Source: an uncultured Actinomycetes bacterium | GTDB lineage: Bacteria > Actinomycetota > Thermoleophilia > Solirubrobacterales > 70-9 | Reading direction: 5' to 3' | NCBI GenBank assembly: GCA_963729055.1 | Contig: CAVSMQ010000005.1 | Coordinates: forward strand, 89,636-129,635 | Length of the DNA: 40,000 nt | Part shown: positions 32,690 to 40,000 of the stretch, piece by piece | Layout: every line of letters starts with the position of its first letter | How positions within the stretch are numbered: position 1 is the stretch's first letter | Notes under the pieces: model-generated | What the model saw: only the letters and a program-made list of their open reading frames with translations | Databases searched by the model: none | Told to the model about the DNA's origin: nothing | Program-made: the position numbers and the translations under genes

Positions 32690-33952
32690 ATGGCTAGCCA
32701 GCCAGTGGATCCGCAGCGGCACCCTGACATTGCTCGCCGTAGCTTGGTCGCCTGGCCCGGCTATCAGTCCGGGGTTAGAGTCGACGAGCTCGATCGGCGC
32801 GTGGTCGGCACCATCGCGAAGCCGCTCTCGCACACGGTTCACGATTCGCTTCAGGTAAGCCGAGCGCTAGCTGCAGGCATGGGGGTTCTACTGCCTGCTC
32901 AAGCTTGGCGCAATCAGTTGCCTCTGGATCATGCAAAGCGGAACGGCGCCTTCCGTCACCTCGGCATTCATCGTCCCGGACTCGTTCTTGATCCCGATGA
33001 GTCGGCACTCGGTGCGGATTTCGCAGATCACTACACCGCCGACCATCTGGAAGCAGAGCTCGGGGCAGGAGCCACCGTCGCGACGACCCCAGCTCATGTA
33101 CTTAGAGAAGAGGGGGGCGTTGGACGTGCGAACGAGCTGCTCCTTACCCGTCTAACGGCTGAAGAGTTCGCCGCTAGGAGTGCTGGCGCCCCGGGACCCT
33201 CCCGACCCGCACACGAGACCCGCGAGCTTTACGCCACCTTGATCGTGGAGGGGTCTCACTTGGTCCAACCTGGGGTCCTTGAAGCTCTTGTGATGGCCTA
33301 CGCAGATGTTGAAGGAGTTTCCGGCTATCTGATCATCGCGGCGAACTGCTCTCAGTCCGGGGTCCAAGTCGCAGCTTTCGCTTCTCTCGCCTTGCTCCTT
33401 CAGAGCGCAACGGACCGTCCAGCGGTGATCTATGGCCTCGGCGATGCGCACCTTGCGGTTCTCGCCAGCGGCGTTGCGGCGACCTGCGCTGGAGTACACG
33501 GAATGTCATTTGAATTTCCTCCCGCCGAGTTCGAAGACCTCGAAGACGAGGAGCGAGAGGATGACGAAGACGAACCTGGGCTAGGCATCCACACTTACCA
33601 TCCAGCGATCCTGGGAAACGTCGGGCGTCTTGGCGCTGAAGGCGAGCCGGCTCGTTTGGCGATCTTCAGCAATCGATCGTGCCACTGCGGCCATCACCGG
33701 CCCGACGTGCCGCCGCGAAAGAAGGGTGAAATCGTTCGCCACAACGCCGATACCGTCGCTGCGGATGCTCGGATCTTCGCCACCGATGCCGTCTCAATAG
33801 CCGAGTCCAAGCTGCTAGCTCGCGCTCAGAACGCTGAACGCATGCGTGCCTTCCTCAAACTGAGCAAGCTCAAGCGTGGATTCTTCTCCGTCGCGCCGAA
33901 GGCGATCCAACTGCGTGGTGAGAGTGATGCCGCCGAAAGTGAAGGCGGCTAG
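32690..33952 (+). CDS. 420-aa hypothetical protein (acidic insert, 'CHCGHH' motif)
   Basis: Long ORF. AT-rich leader. No family recognised. Confidence 0.6.
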   Translation: MASQPVDPQRHPDIARRSLVAWPGYQSGVRVDELDRRVVGTIAKPLSHTVHDSLQVSRALAAGMGVLLPAQAWRNQLPLDHAKRNGAFRHLGIHRPGLVLDPDESALGADFADHYTADHLEAELGAGATVATTPAHVLREEGGVGRANELLLTRLTAEEFAARSAGAPGPSRPAHETRELYATLIVEGSHLVQPGVLEALVMAYADVEGVSGYLIIAANCSQSGVQVAAFASLALLLQSATDRPAVIYGLGDAHLAVLASGVAATCAGVHGMSFEFPPAEFEDLEDEEREDDEDEPGLGIHTYHPAILGNVGRLGAEGEPARLAIFSNRSCHCGHHRPDVPPRKKGEIVRHNADTVAADARIFATDAVSIAESKLLARAQNAERMRAFLKLSKLKRGFFSVAPKAIQLRGESDAAESEGG

Positions 33953-34497
33953 CGGAGGGAAAGTTCGGTAGTGAGCGCCCACTCGCTCATCGTCTGTCCT
34001 GAGAGCACCGCTGCTCGCTCCCAACTTGCCCCGGATCGCAGCAACTCGGGCCTCACTAGCGAACGAAATCCTAGACGAAGGATGCGATCGCTCAGACGCA
34101 TGGGCAGTTTGAACGTCGTGGGGGTCGGCGACGAGTTTGTAATGCGCGGTTTCAGCGCTCGCAAGTAGCCGGCAGTGGCGGGCGCCAGTTGCATCGTCAC
34201 TCTCGTCCGCTCTGCCGAATCGTCAAGAAGTTCAAGCATTGCGCTCATCGAGTCTAGGTTGAACTCGGCCTCGATAAGCGCTCGCTCCACGGTCAGAACC
34301 ACCGCGAGATTGGTATCGAGGCCTGCGGAGGCAGCCGCCTGCGCGATTCGCGCAGTGAGCCCGGGGTCTTCCAATCTCCATGACTCACACCTATCGGCAG
34401 GTCGCGCGTGAAGGAAGCCACGATCCGCGCTCGGACCGGAGTTCGGAAGATCAGGAAGGAGCGTTAGTCGGGCCAAAGTAGAATTAATTTCTACCAT
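33949..34497 (-). CDS. 182-aa hypothetical protein
   Basis: Start set at 'MVEINSTLARL'. C-terminal 'SWERAAVLSGQTMSEWAL' is RHH/antitoxin-like. The upstream part of ORF 33949..34680 is rejected. Confidence 0.45.
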   Translation of the reverse strand: MVEINSTLARLTLLPDLPNSGPSADRGFLHARPADRCESWRLEDPGLTARIAQAAASAGLDTNLAVVLTVERALIEAEFNLDSMSAMLELLDDSAERTRVTMQLAPATAGYLRALKPRITNSSPTPTTFKLPMRLSDRILRLGFRSLVRPELLRSGASWERAAVLSGQTMSEWALTTELSLR

Positions 34498-34843
34498 GGC
34501 CCGCGGCGCAAAGAAGCTGACTTCTCGTGATTGGCTGTTCGGTTCACGTCCCAGGCGACTCGTGCTGCAATACGTTCTCTCCAATGAGCCAGGCCCGGAC
34601 GGTTGGACGAAGACTGCACTGGCGGCGCAGGCGGAACTCCATCCCAAGGGCGGGGTGGATGAGCACGTCCGAGGCCTCATTGCTCTCGACCTTCTCCGAG
34701 AGAGCGAAGGTCGCTATTGGCCCGTCCAACCAAGCCCCGCGCTAGCCAAGAAGCTGAAGGGTCTCCTCCGAGAGCTCGACCACGTTCCCGATGACCGGAT
34801 CTCCACCGAGAGGAGAGACCATGGCCCACAGGCCGCGACGTGA
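34496..34843 (+). CDS. putative winged-helix DNA-binding protein (115 aa)
   Basis: 'RPRRLVLQYVLSNEPGPDGWTKTALAAQAELHPKGGVDEHVRGLIALDLLRESEGRYWP'. Its start codon shares the CCATGG at 34494-34499 with the divergent 182-aa gene. Confidence 0.5.
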   Translation: MARGAKKLTSRDWLFGSRPRRLVLQYVLSNEPGPDGWTKTALAAQAELHPKGGVDEHVRGLIALDLLRESEGRYWPVQPSPALAKKLKGLLRELDHVPDDRISTERRDHGPQAAT

Positions 34844-35049
34844 ATGCCTTACTGCGAGTGACTTGGTCTGGGAGAGCAGAGGCCGTCGAAAGCCCGGAGC
34901 ATGCGATCCCCTTTGAGTAATGGGGGGGGAGAATTTGACTGACTGAGCGATTCTGAGCACTATGCCTTCCCAGAATATGTTTGACTTCTTCACGGCGGGA
35001 CTCATGAATACCGCAGGCTCGCCCCACCACCCAACAACCGCTCGCTCAA

Positions 35050-35412
35050 TTGACGACCGCCATCGCCGCCATGCCTTGCCTTGCTTCCTCGGCCAACTCG
35101 GCGGGAGACACCTTGACCACCCTGCTCAGCGCGGAGGGTCTCGTCTTGGTAGCGATCGGCATCAGCGTCTCGATCGCGGGAGGATCCGCGTTTGGGACGA
35201 AGTGGCTGATCTCACCAGGCTGGCTCGCTGTGATCTCGACCATCTTCCTCACTGCCATGGCGATAGGCGCTGGATTCGCTTGGGTTGGCGCTTGGGCAGG
35301 CTGCCACTGGCCAACCAACCTCACGGATCAGGTCGCCGCCATAGCCCTCGCGGTCGGCGTTGTTGCTCCGCCGGTCCTGTCCTCAATCGTTACGATCAAC
35401 GTCTCGCGCTAG
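35050..35412 (+). CDS. small integral membrane protein (3-4 predicted TM helices)
   Basis: 'GLVLVAIGISVSIAGGSAF', 'WLAVISTIFLTAMAIGAGFAWVGAWAG', 'VAAIALAVGVVAPPVLSSIV'. TTG at 35050 or ATG at 35071. The overlapping frame of ORF 34962..35762 is R-rich junk here. Confidence 0.5.
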   Translation: MTTAIAAMPCLASSANSAGDTLTTLLSAEGLVLVAIGISVSIAGGSAFGTKWLISPGWLAVISTIFLTAMAIGAGFAWVGAWAGCHWPTNLTDQVAAIALAVGVVAPPVLSSIVTINVSR

Positions 35413-35762
35413 TGGCACCGCGAATCCTCTCAGAGCATGAGCGGATCCTCCGCGACGAGTTTGACCTCAAAGGTTGGGTGCAAAAAGTTCCGGAGCGGCG
35501 CTCGCGCTACTTTGAGTGGTGCGGAAGAGCGGTGGATGTCGTCCGAGAAGTCAACGGCGGAGAGGTTCCCGAGCCCGCCACCGTGATCGGGTCCATGCTC
35601 GGCCTCTTGCAGGAAGACGACACCTTTTTCGAGCATGCGGCTAGCCGGAAGAACTCCGAATTTCTCGCAAAAGAGGAGAACTGGTTCCCGCTCCGTCGAG
35701 CCTGCGCTGCACAGATCTATCGGGAATACCTCGTTTCCGTGGAGAAAAGCGAATGGCCATAG
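35412..35762 (+). CDS. 116-aa hypothetical protein
   Basis: GTG at 35412 overlaps the TAG of the membrane gene by 1 nt. Coding-like part of ORF 34962..35762 ('ILSEHERILRDEFDLKGWVQKV...'). Confidence 0.5.
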   Translation: MAPRILSEHERILRDEFDLKGWVQKVPERRSRYFEWCGRAVDVVREVNGGEVPEPATVIGSMLGLLQEDDTFFEHAASRKNSEFLAKEENWFPLRRACAAQIYREYLVSVEKSEWP

Positions 35763-37141
35763 AAAAGCCCATGCGGGTAGTTCGTTCTGAGGATCTGGAG
35801 GCGCGCCTTCGCGACCTCGTCGGTGAGGCAATGGCCGCCGGTCGCGAGGCTAGTGCTGCTGCGACTGCCGCCGGCCAGACGGCCCGCCGCTATGCCAATA
35901 AGCCCGGCGGCGAAGAGGAGCTCCTGAACGGGCTGCGCCAGGCGCTAGAAGACGAAGTTGAGGTAGCCGCCCCAGCCGCAGGTGAGAGTGCAATTGACGA
36001 ATCGGAGGTAGACAGGGAGATCGCGAAGCGGGCTCTCATGCATTTGAAGCTGCCAACGTTGAGGGAAATCGCGGAATCGATGGACCTCCCTAGGTCAGGA
36101 AACTTGGAGGAAGTAATTGATCGCATTGCCCGGGAGCTTCGCTCTGATCCGTACGAGATTGCACGCCTTATTGTCAAGTACGAGACGGAGCCTGCCCCAG
36201 AGCGTCGCTTTGCGTCCCGCATCTTCAATGTTCGCGAGCCCTTGGAAGATCCCGAGCAGCTAAGCCAGAGGATTGATTACCTCGCGAATCGCTACATCCG
36301 GACCGGCATTGCGCGGTGGGTTGTGTTTGAGGATGTGCGAGCGACTCCAGTTCTGTTGTCAATCGATGGAACCTTTCGCTCCTATCGCGCTGACGCAGAA
36401 CGGTTTGACGACGACTATAGGTTGAGGGCCGATCCTCACAGTGCCCCTGCTTCTCTACGGATGTTCAAAGGGGAGAAGTCAGTAGAGATCCGCGCTAAGG
36501 GAGAACTCGAAAGCAAGGCATTTGTGCTCGCCTTGCAGAGAGCAAGTAGCTTCAAATGGGAGAAGAGACTGCCAATCTCCCAGAGCTTGGCGGACGGTGA
36601 GCTGTGGGGGTGGCACCCTTGGAGCATCTTCTTGGTTGACCTTTTGAACGCCCGTTTCCGCAGCTCCAATGTCGAGATCTTCGACATGTTCACGGCTGGC
36701 TTTAGGACCGCCAAAGAAGCATCAGGCCACGAGGATGACCGCCCGGCGGTCCGTTCGGTGAGGTTCCAGGGTCGGCACCTTTTGGACTCGCTCGTGGCAT
36801 GCGACCTGATCGTCAGTGGCCAAGCGCTAGCCGAGCTGGGCATGACTGTGCGATACCGGCACGAATCGGAAACCTATCTACTGCCTCTAACGATCAAATT
36901 GGCGGAAGATCACGCAACCGTCTTGACGAGCTTTGGACTGCACGATCCAGCGATTGCGGGATCCCTCCATCGTGAGATCGTTCAAGGATTGAGGAAGTCT
37001 CTTCGGAACGGGCTCGCGAATGAAGGTGCGCTTATACAACTCGCCGTCCAGATCCGAGAGCGGGCTGAATCGGAGGAAACCCCTGATCATCCGACGATAT
37101 TCGGGCCAGACCCTGTGTCAGGCCAGGAAGTCGGCGACTAG
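35753..37141 (+). CDS. 462-aa hypothetical protein with a SAP/HeH (Rho_N-like) DNA-binding motif
   Basis: 'LMHLKLPTLREIAESMDLPRSGNLEEVIDRIAREL'. The ATG overlaps the upstream stop by 10 nt. The rest is unassigned. Confidence 0.7.
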   Translation: MAIEKPMRVVRSEDLEARLRDLVGEAMAAGREASAAATAAGQTARRYANKPGGEEELLNGLRQALEDEVEVAAPAAGESAIDESEVDREIAKRALMHLKLPTLREIAESMDLPRSGNLEEVIDRIARELRSDPYEIARLIVKYETEPAPERRFASRIFNVREPLEDPEQLSQRIDYLANRYIRTGIARWVVFEDVRATPVLLSIDGTFRSYRADAERFDDDYRLRADPHSAPASLRMFKGEKSVEIRAKGELESKAFVLALQRASSFKWEKRLPISQSLADGELWGWHPWSIFLVDLLNARFRSSNVEIFDMFTAGFRTAKEASGHEDDRPAVRSVRFQGRHLLDSLVACDLIVSGQALAELGMTVRYRHESETYLLPLTIKLAEDHATVLTSFGLHDPAIAGSLHREIVQGLRKSLRNGLANEGALIQLAVQIRERAESEETPDHPTIFGPDPVSGQEVGD

Positions 37142-37144
37142 CTT

Positions 37145-37181
37145 GGATCCAAAATCAGGATCCGCTCGCGTCTAACGAGCG
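37145..37181 (+). terminator. two short hairpins after the 462-aa gene (possible terminator)
   Basis: GGATCC-aaaatca-GGATCC (37145-37163) and CGCTCG-cgtctaa-CGAGCG (37163-37181). No U-tract. Confidence 0.3.
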
Positions 37182-37218
37182 CATCGCGAAACTGGCCGAG
37201 TGTTGAGGCTGGTCGCTG

Positions 37219-38313
37219 CTAGGCGATGAGTCGGCGGATGGCCCCGAAATCACGCCCGGTCGAATGCGTGTAATGAGCGAGCATCGTGGCTAAGCCGTGA
37301 CCAACGACCTTCGACAAGTCAGCATCGTCCACAAGTTTGGTCGCTCTTAGATTGGTGACGTAGCTGTGCCGGCACTCGTGAGGCCGAATGTCTAGGCTCA
37401 GCCGCATCCTGCGTCGGCTTCCAGACGTCGCGATAGAAGGTGCGCTCGCGCCAAAGGCGGCCCCGAGGCGTCGGAAAGAGCAGGTTGCAGTCGGGGCCGT
37501 TGAGGTTGATCTGGGCTTCGAGCATCCAGGCGAGGGTCGCGGGGACAGGGACCACGCGGCCGGCGTCTCCTCGCCGTGGTCGGTCTTGGTGCCCTCGAGG
37601 ATCTGGCCCTCGTGGGCGGTGCGGCGGACTTGGAGGGTCTCGCCGTCGAAGTCTTCGCGGCCGGAGGGGGAGGACCTCGCCTAGGCGCATGCCGGTGTCG
37701 GTGAAGGTGCGGACAAGCGCCTCGTAGCGGCCGGCCGCCTTGGCGAAGCGGTGCATTTCCTCGAAGCTGAAGACGCGGATCGGGCGGCGCTTCTTCGTGG
37801 CCCGCGGGTCGTTGGCGCGGATGCGGACGCCCTTGAAGGGGTTGAGGTCGCAGACTTCGTCGGTGATCGCGTCCTCGGCCATTGCCGAGAGGGCGCGGAG
37901 GATGCCGACGGCGCCGGTGGTGGCTCGACCTTCGGTCCTCAGCATGTGGTCGACCAGGGCGAGGGCGTGGCGGCGGCGCAGTTCGCGAAGGGGCCAGTCC
38001 TTCAAGGGGATGCCCTCGACCTCGACGTCGGCGACGCGGCTGATGCGGTGCTCGTTGGTGGCGTTGGTCCGCTCGGAGCGAGGGTGGCGGTCGGTCCAGG
38101 TGGCGAAGTAGTCGCCGAGGGTGTCGGGCCGATCGGAGAGGCCGTAGGCCTCGTCGATCGCCCGCTGGGCTTCGCCTTGCGGGCGAAGGTGCCTTTGCCG
38201 CGGTTCCAGGTCGGTTTGGCGATGCGGCGTTTTCCGTCGCGGCCGGTGTAGCGGGCAAGCCACACGACCTTGCCCGACGGGTTGCGGCGTTTGGTGGGCG
38301 ACTCGCGTCTCAT
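37219..38313 (-). pseudogene. tyrosine recombinase/integrase with at least four frameshifts
   Basis: 'MRRESPTKRRNPSGKVVWLARYTGRDGKRRIAKPTWNRGKGTFARK' | 'GEAQRAIDEAYG...TDTGMRLGEVLPLR' | 'REDFDGETLQVRRTAHEGQILEGTKTDHGEETP' | 'GRVVPVPATLAWMLEAQ...FYRDVWKPTQDAA' | 'LDIRPHECRHSYVTNL...VVGHG...LAHYTH'. Shifts near 38175, 37655, 37560 and 37400. Confidence 0.8.
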
Positions 38314-38504
38314 GCCGTCTCGTCCCTGTGTCGGGCGAGGAAGTCCTCGACATCGTCGGGGTCGATCCGGCGAGAGGCGCCGAGCTTGTAGCTGGGCAGC
38401 TCGCCGCGCCTGATCCAATTGCGGATGGTCCGATCCGAGACGGCGAGATAGGCGGCGAGGGTGCGCTCGGTGAAGAAGCTCGCGGAGGCGCGTTTCCGTT
38501 GCAT
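38310..38504 (-). CDS. excisionase-family HTH protein (Xis-like)
   Basis: 'FFTERTLAAYLAVSDRTIRNWIRRGELPSYKLGASRRIDPDDVEDFL'. ATGA overlap with the integrase start. AAGGGG RBS before the ATG at 38504. Confidence 0.8.
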   Translation of the reverse strand: MQRKRASASFFTERTLAAYLAVSDRTIRNWIRRGELPSYKLGASRRIDPDDVEDFLARHRDETA

Positions 38505-38703
38505 GCCCCTTATGTCCCGCGAGCGGGCCAATTGCACCGGGTGGGAACAGAATTATTCGCGAGCGCATTGACCTTCGGCCGCAATTCGCCGGGCGACCGT
38601 ACGAGCCGACCGCGCGGCGAAGCCGCGCCAAAATCGGCGAGCGGTCGCCCGGCGACGGAGCGCCTTCGAGGCTTTCTTGAATTGAGCATCAAGAAAGTGC
38701 GGC

Positions 38704-39186
38704 TCAGGCACGGCACCAGGAGGGTGCGTACTGTGTCGGGCTGGTTTTGGTTGGTCTCTGGCTTTGGGCTTGTTGTGAGCTTTGCATTGCCTCTCTTTCT
38801 GGGCTTGTTGGTTGGCTCATTACTGGCCTTCTGAGATCTTGGCTTGCTCTTCTTTGGTTTCTGTCTTCGGTCTTTCTGCTTCTCTTTTCTGGTTGGCTTT
38901 TGCTGGCTCGATTTTCAGTTCGCCTGGGCGTGATCTGCGTCGGGCGCCAGCGCAGCCCGGCGAGCAGCGTCTCGGGGGCCGACGCCGAGCGAGCCGCAGA
39001 GGCGCACGAGCGTGTCGGTCCTGGCGACTCGTTCGCCGCGCTCAAGCTGGCCGACGGCCGTGCGGTGAAGTCCGGCAAGGAAGCCGAGGTCTTCCTGGCT
39101 GACTCCGAGCTCGCTCGCGGCAACGGGTGAGGTTCTCGCCGAAGACGCGCGCGAAACGCCTCGTCGCGGGTTCTGAGGCTGCTCAT
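38704..39186 (-). pseudogene. XRE-family HTH gene disrupted by about three frameshifts; 3' limit uncertain
   Basis: Pieces in three frames: 'MSSLRTRDEAFRAR', 'FGENLTRCRER', 'ELGVSQEDLGFLAGLHRTAVGQLERGERVARTDTLVRLCGSLGVGP', 'ETLLAGLRWRP'. Followed by a low-complexity K/R/E/Q tail. Confidence 0.4.
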
Positions 39187-39194
39187 CGCCGAGC

Positions 39195-39490
39195 TCAGAG
39201 GTCGGCTGCGCCGCAGTCGCTCAGCTGGTGGTAGTGAAGCGCTGCTCGCGTCGGGATGACGACCGGGCCGGAGCACAGGGCGAGTCCCGCCCAGTGGAGC
39301 AGACGACGGCGCGGTCGACGCGGTCGCGGTGGTCGAACTCGTCGTCGCCGAGCTGAAGCTCGCGCTGAAGGTCGGCCGCCTGGAGGTGCGTCGGCCAGTG
39401 GACGAGGAGTCGGTCGAGGACGAGGGCCTGGTCCTGCAGGTCTTCGTCCGCGGCATCGGCGCAATGCGCCATAGGGTTCTGATCAGCCAT
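39195..39490 (-). pseudogene. frameshifted paralog of the 98-aa protein at 1339..1635
   Basis: 'MADQNPMAHCADAADEDLQDQALVLDRLLVHWPTHLQAADLQRELQLGDDEFDHRDRVDRAVV' then, shifted near 39300, 'LLHWAGLALCSGPVVIPTRAALHYHQLSDCGAADL*'. 296 nt versus 297 nt in copy 1. Confidence 0.6.
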
Positions 39491-39586
39491 GAGGAGCGTC
39501 GCTCTCCTTGTGGTCAGGCCCTCGGTTGGCGTGTCCGCGCCGGCCGGGGGCCGCTTTTTCAATGAACGCCGAGGGTAGCACGGCTA

Positions 39587-39600
39587 AGGGATATATCCCT
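39587..39600. promoter_or_regulatory. perfect 14-bp palindrome AGGGATATATCCCT in the divergent intergenic region; candidate operator
   Basis: Read directly. Lies between the pseudogene pair 39195..39490 (-) and 39652..39886 (+). Confidence 0.4.
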
Positions 39601-39651
39601 AGGTGTTTCAGACGTAGCTTTTGTACTTGGTCTTTGAGACCTTCCGTTGCG

Positions 39652-39886
39652 ATGAAGCGATCCACTCGACCGCAGCCCGGCCTCGGTGGCGCCGTTCGCC
39701 AGCTGCGTCAGAAGCGGGGCATGACGCAAGAAGCGCTGGCCAACGAGTCCGGCGTCACCCTGAGCACCCTCTCGGTGATCGAGCGCGGGCTGGCCAATCC
39801 GACCTGGGCGACCGCGCGCGACATCGCCAGCTGCACTGGGCGTCTCGATAGGCGAGCTAGCGAAGCTCTCCGAGAAGCACGAATAG
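39652..39886 (+). pseudogene. frameshifted paralog of the XRE regulator at 1720..1953
   Basis: 'MKRSTRPQPGLGGAVRQLRQKRGMTQEALANESGVTLSTLSVIERGLANPTWATARDIA' then, after an extra base near 39829, 'ALGVSIGELAKLSEKHE*'. 235 nt versus 234 nt in copy 1. Confidence 0.65.
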
Positions 39887-39895
39887 CGCCGGTCC

Positions 39896-39914
39896 GATGT
39901 GACCAGGATGTGAC
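39896..39914 (+). repeat. copy D of the tandem 8-mer motif (GATGTGACcagGATGTGAC) without the TTGAAAGG core
   Basis: Read directly, 10 nt after the XRE-paralog stop. Confidence 0.5.
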
Positions 39915-40000
39915 ACGGACGAGCCGGAACGCCGCGGAATCGTTCGGCAGCCGCCGGAATGCCTCTCCCGCTTCCGACCGTCATCTTGGCTCTACACCGG

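Noticed and set aside
38747-39130. 127-aa plus-strand ORF with a TM-like N-terminus (also 38782..39102)
   Set aside because: The hydrophobicity is a by-product of the T/G-rich tract. The C-terminal two-thirds lies antisense to a recognisable, though broken, XRE HTH.
1-40000. CRISPR arrays, rRNA genes, transposases/IS elements
   Set aside because: By eye I saw no regularly spaced direct repeats of 24-40 bp, no rRNA-like conserved segments, and no DDE/IS-type ORFs in the track. A computational scan could still find short or degenerate elements I missed.

Overview
High-GC (by eye about two-thirds G+C) actinobacterial-type chromosomal window, read by hand from the ORF track and the sequence. No homology search, folding or statistics were run.

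Left ~16 kb: mostly ordinary genes.
- SAM methyltransferase, small-protein/XRE pair, DHFR-family reductase, GAF-LuxR regulator, serine hydrolase, 1100-aa secreted protein, PhoD phosphatase, and a DUF1206/lipid-kinase/PAP2 cluster.
- One small decayed defence islet at 3.8-5.9 kb: an SRA + PD-(D/E)xK type IV restriction candidate flanked by gene remnants.

From ~16.1 kb to the right edge the DNA looks accessory.
1. 16.1-25.7 kb, minus strand: a tightly coupled ten-gene operon, HTH-queC-queE-queD-folE2-(219 aa)-dpdA-dpdB-UvrD-like helicase-Cas4-like Fe-S nuclease. I read it as a compact Dpd-type 7-deazaguanine DNA modification system. The helicase/nuclease pair sits where the canonical dpdD-K restriction genes would be. 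This is the main candidate for an undescribed system.
2. 25.9-28.5 kb: a neighbouring trio of a small PD-(D/E)xK-like protein, a Qng1/DUF2419-like protein with an extra Cys4 insert, and a 327-aa unknown.
3. 28.6-32.6 kb: an integrase remnant, a tRNA-Glu(UUC) 3' fragment and three copies of a ~65-bp repeat. The repeat has a TTGAAAGGCCG core followed by tandem GATGNGAC 8-mers at 11-bp spacing. The copies delimit cassette-like modules: a two-gene TA-like pair plus a 145-aa protein, and RelE/antitoxin plus an Mrr-type nuclease. Further copies or part-copies lie at 5.45 kb, 16.11 kb (exactly where a methyltransferase gene is truncated) and 39.9 kb.
4. 32.7-37.1 kb: visibly AT-richer genes of unknown function, including a coupled three-gene operon (membrane protein, 116 aa, 462-aa SAP-motif protein).
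5. 37.2-39.9 kb: a decayed integration module (multiply frameshifted tyrosine integrase, intact Xis-like HTH, frameshifted XRE genes).

Several otherwise well-conserved genes carry single-nt frameshifts. From one sequence I cannot tell real decay from assembly error. No rRNA, no complete tRNA and no CRISPR array were seen.
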